Of a stretch of DNA of 64,000 bases, positions 62,458 through 64,000 are shown piece by piece. The notes below the pieces were generated by a model. It made no database searches. It was not told the origin of the DNA and worked only from the letters and a program-made list of their open reading frames with translations. The stretch covers positions 96,001-160,000 of IMG/VR virus record IMGVR_UViG_3300032281_000616, one strand, 5' to 3'. Position 1 is the stretch's first letter. Each line of letters begins with the position of its first letter. Source of the DNA: a virus (lineage: Duplodnaviria; Caudoviricetes). Made by a program: the position numbers and the translations under genes.

Positions 62458-62485
62458 AGTGTTATTTTATTCTAGTGTTTTATAA

Positions 62486-63163
62486 TTAATATCCCCACGC
62501 TTCTAGCGTATGTTTAAATGGTTTACCTTTAATACCCATAACAAGATCAAGCATTTCCTTGGCAATATCATTGATTTCCTTTTGTGCATGATCCGAGTAT
62601 CTTAGTTTCAACAAATTTGCAAAGCTTCTCATATTGAAACTAATATCTGCTTGGATCTGAGAATTGTATGTTTTGAAGAATCGGGCAGATTCTTTTGCTC
62701 TTTTGCGGCCAAGAGTAGGCTCAAGGTCTTTTAAACATTGATGATATAGCTGATTCCCCATTTCTGTGTATCTCTGTAGAATTTCACTCCAATTATCTCC
62801 AAGATAGTAGTCTAGTTCTTGAGCGTCAGCTTTTATGTTTTCCCAATCTTGCGGGATATAATACTTATCTTCTTTAAGTTCCTTATATCTTGCGGATTCA
62901 GCATTCATACTAGAAATCCTATGTTTCAATAAATGAATATGTGAAGCAATATCTGTATCGACCAAAAAATGAACCATGCCTTTTTCAAAAGGTGTTTCGT
63001 GTCCATTATCCCATAGATCTTTAATCAACTTGGGAATACGTTCTTCTTTATCAGGTGATAAATTTCTGCTTGTGCTAGTCCACGCTGAACATGCGATGAT
63101 TTTATCTGACCCATAGTATCCAATTAACGAAACGGTGTTGGAATTGTTATTAGTATTGTTCAT
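62486..63163 (-). CDS. thyX: Flavin-dependent thymidylate synthase
   Basis: GHETPFE, LLKHRISSMNAESARY, NMRSFANLLKLR, HAQKEI. Confidence 0.9.
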   Translation of the reverse strand: MNNTNNNSNTVSLIGYYGSDKIIACSAWTSTSRNLSPDKEERIPKLIKDLWDNGHETPFEKGMVHFLVDTDIASHIHLLKHRISSMNAESARYKELKEDKYYIPQDWENIKADAQELDYYLGDNWSEILQRYTEMGNQLYHQCLKDLEPTLGRKRAKESARFFKTYNSQIQADISFNMRSFANLLKLRYSDHAQKEINDIAKEMLDLVMGIKGKPFKHTLEAWGY

Positions 63164-63845
63164 ATTTAAAATGTTTATATTTATTTGGTGGATTACCTTT
63201 TCGAATGTTTAAAAGCGATGTTACACTGACCCCACTCAATCTACTCAATTCTTGTATTGAACCAGCTTCAATTTCGGTAGAGTCTATAATGTTGATTAAT
63301 TTACATTTTATAGATATGGGTGTTAACCTACCTTTCAATTTTTTACTTATATTTGGGCGTTTAGTTCCTTTAAGTTTGCTGGGAACCCCTCTCAATTTAG
63401 AAGATCTTTTTTCTATTTGTTCTGGTGTAAAAACCTGTAATTTTCTTTTCTGTCTTATCTTTTCCTTTGTGGATTCTGAATGTATACGTCCTCGATTAGC
63501 ATCCCCAATCTTTTTTTTATGTTCTTCGGATTTGGGTTTGTTCTGTTTCGGTGGTATATTTCCACCAGAAGCTATATTCATTCCAATACTTGCATCCGTG
63601 CTGTTTTTCTCATTTATCCAATAAATTTCGCGTTCAGATAAATCTTCTTCTGATACTTTCTCCAACACTTCAAATTTATGATTAGATACCCCATATTTTT
63701 TAAATGAATTGTGTAGATATGGTTGATTTCTTGTATTACTTAAAAATCTATAATGCATCCACCTTTTATGAATATTTGCAGATAGCCCTATATAAATTTT
63801 ATTAGAAGGACTTGTGATGATGTAAATACCTGATATGATTTCCAT
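63150..63845 (-). mobile_element. GIY-YIG homing endonuclease with NUMOD3 repeats
   Basis: SGIYIITSPSNKIYIG; KSEEHKKKIG and SESTKEKIRQ repeats; overlaps the thyX start by 14 nt. Confidence 0.9.
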
Positions 63846-63924
63846 ATCATTATTTAATCTATCAACCTATTAATTCTACTTTATTATCCATATTATCAAA
63901 AATTATTATCAGAAAACGTTTATA

Positions 63925-63953
63925 CTCTGCTCTGCCATCTGAGCTATACCTCC
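63925..63953 (-). tRNA. Isolated tRNA 5' half
   Basis: GGAGGTA-TA-GCTC-AGATGGCA-GAGC-AGAG, then diverges. Confidence 0.55.
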
Positions 63954-63965
63954 GTTTTATATATG

Positions 63966-64000
63966 TGGAGGCAGGATGATTCGAACATCCGACACGAGGG
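63966..64000 (-). tRNA. tRNA 3' half (cut by the window edge)
   Basis: CCCTC-GTGTC-GGATG-TTCGAAT-CATCC-TGCCTCC-A. Confidence 0.7.

Larger units (their letters stand above)
39875..62482 (-). promoter_or_regulatory. Array of about 40 AAACACTA-N3-YANNNT-N6-ATG promoter units
   Basis: Plus-strand TAGTGTT(T/C) starts at 39875, 39933, 40177, 40363, 40473, 41104, 41188, 41292, 41431, 41624, 42186, 42539, 42865, 44635, 44990, 45318, 45525, 47151, 47381, 47682, 48369, 49244, 49556, 50205, 50941, 51672, 52346, 52763, 53581, 55488, 56210, 57055, 57282, 57822, 58378, 58929, 59597, 60308, 61028, 62473. Confidence 0.88.
1629..63856. promoter_or_regulatory. T4-type late promoters (TAAATA) 5-6 nt upstream of start codons
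   Basis: Plus strand: 1641, 6369, 7049, 7691, 10269, 11935, 12504, 14452, 19327, 22301, 24002, 54492. Minus strand (TATTTA): 1629, 36374, 37216, 38945, 63851. Related to the T4 late promoter TATAAATA. Confidence 0.85.

Noticed and set aside
39875-62482. CRISPR array interpretation of the repeated motif
   Set aside because: The repeat is only 8-10 bp, the intervals range from about 60 to over 2000 nt and are protein-coding genes, and no cas genes are present
39875-62482. Classical integron with attC sites
   Set aside because: No 55-140-nt imperfect palindromes after the genes, no RYYYAAC/GTTRRRY pair, no integrase in the window; the fixed spacing to a -10 hexamer fits a promoter better
63150-63953. 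Group I intron carrying the GIY-YIG gene inside a tRNA
   Set aside because: The endonuclease runs straight into thyX, leaving no room for an intron core or a downstream 3' exon

Overview
AT-rich window from a large T4-like (gp20/gp21/gp22/gp23-type) myovirus genome, probably infecting a Gram-negative host (inferred from lipoprotein/spanin-like lysis genes). 1-22.6 kb: head, neck and baseplate genes (portal, gp13, gp4, gp21, gp22, gp23, a gp5-like hub split into two ORFs), a Hef-like homing endonuclease, ClpP, a class II-type ribonucleotide reductase and an SNF2 helicase. 22.9-26.4 kb: a tRNA cluster with several non-canonical tRNAs and tRNA-like RNAs. 27.8-39.6 kb: dUTPase, a lysis cassette with an intein-interrupted endolysin, RlpA, a CCA-adding enzyme and a Nudix protein. 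From 39.8 kb, after an abrupt AT/GC boundary, about 60 small minus-strand genes form an array. About 40 of them start with the same compact unit, AAACACTA-N3-YANNNT-N6-ATG, often overlapping the stop codon of the preceding gene. Late genes use TAAATA-N5/6-ATG. Both geometries put the predicted transcription start on or next to the A of the start codon, so much of this phage appears to be expressed from leaderless mRNA. Other highlights: a tRNA-Leu(UAA) with a 38-nt insertion in the anticodon, a tRNA-Pro with a long variable arm, and a unimolecular-spanin-like protein. All counts and coordinates were read by eye; no database searches were run.
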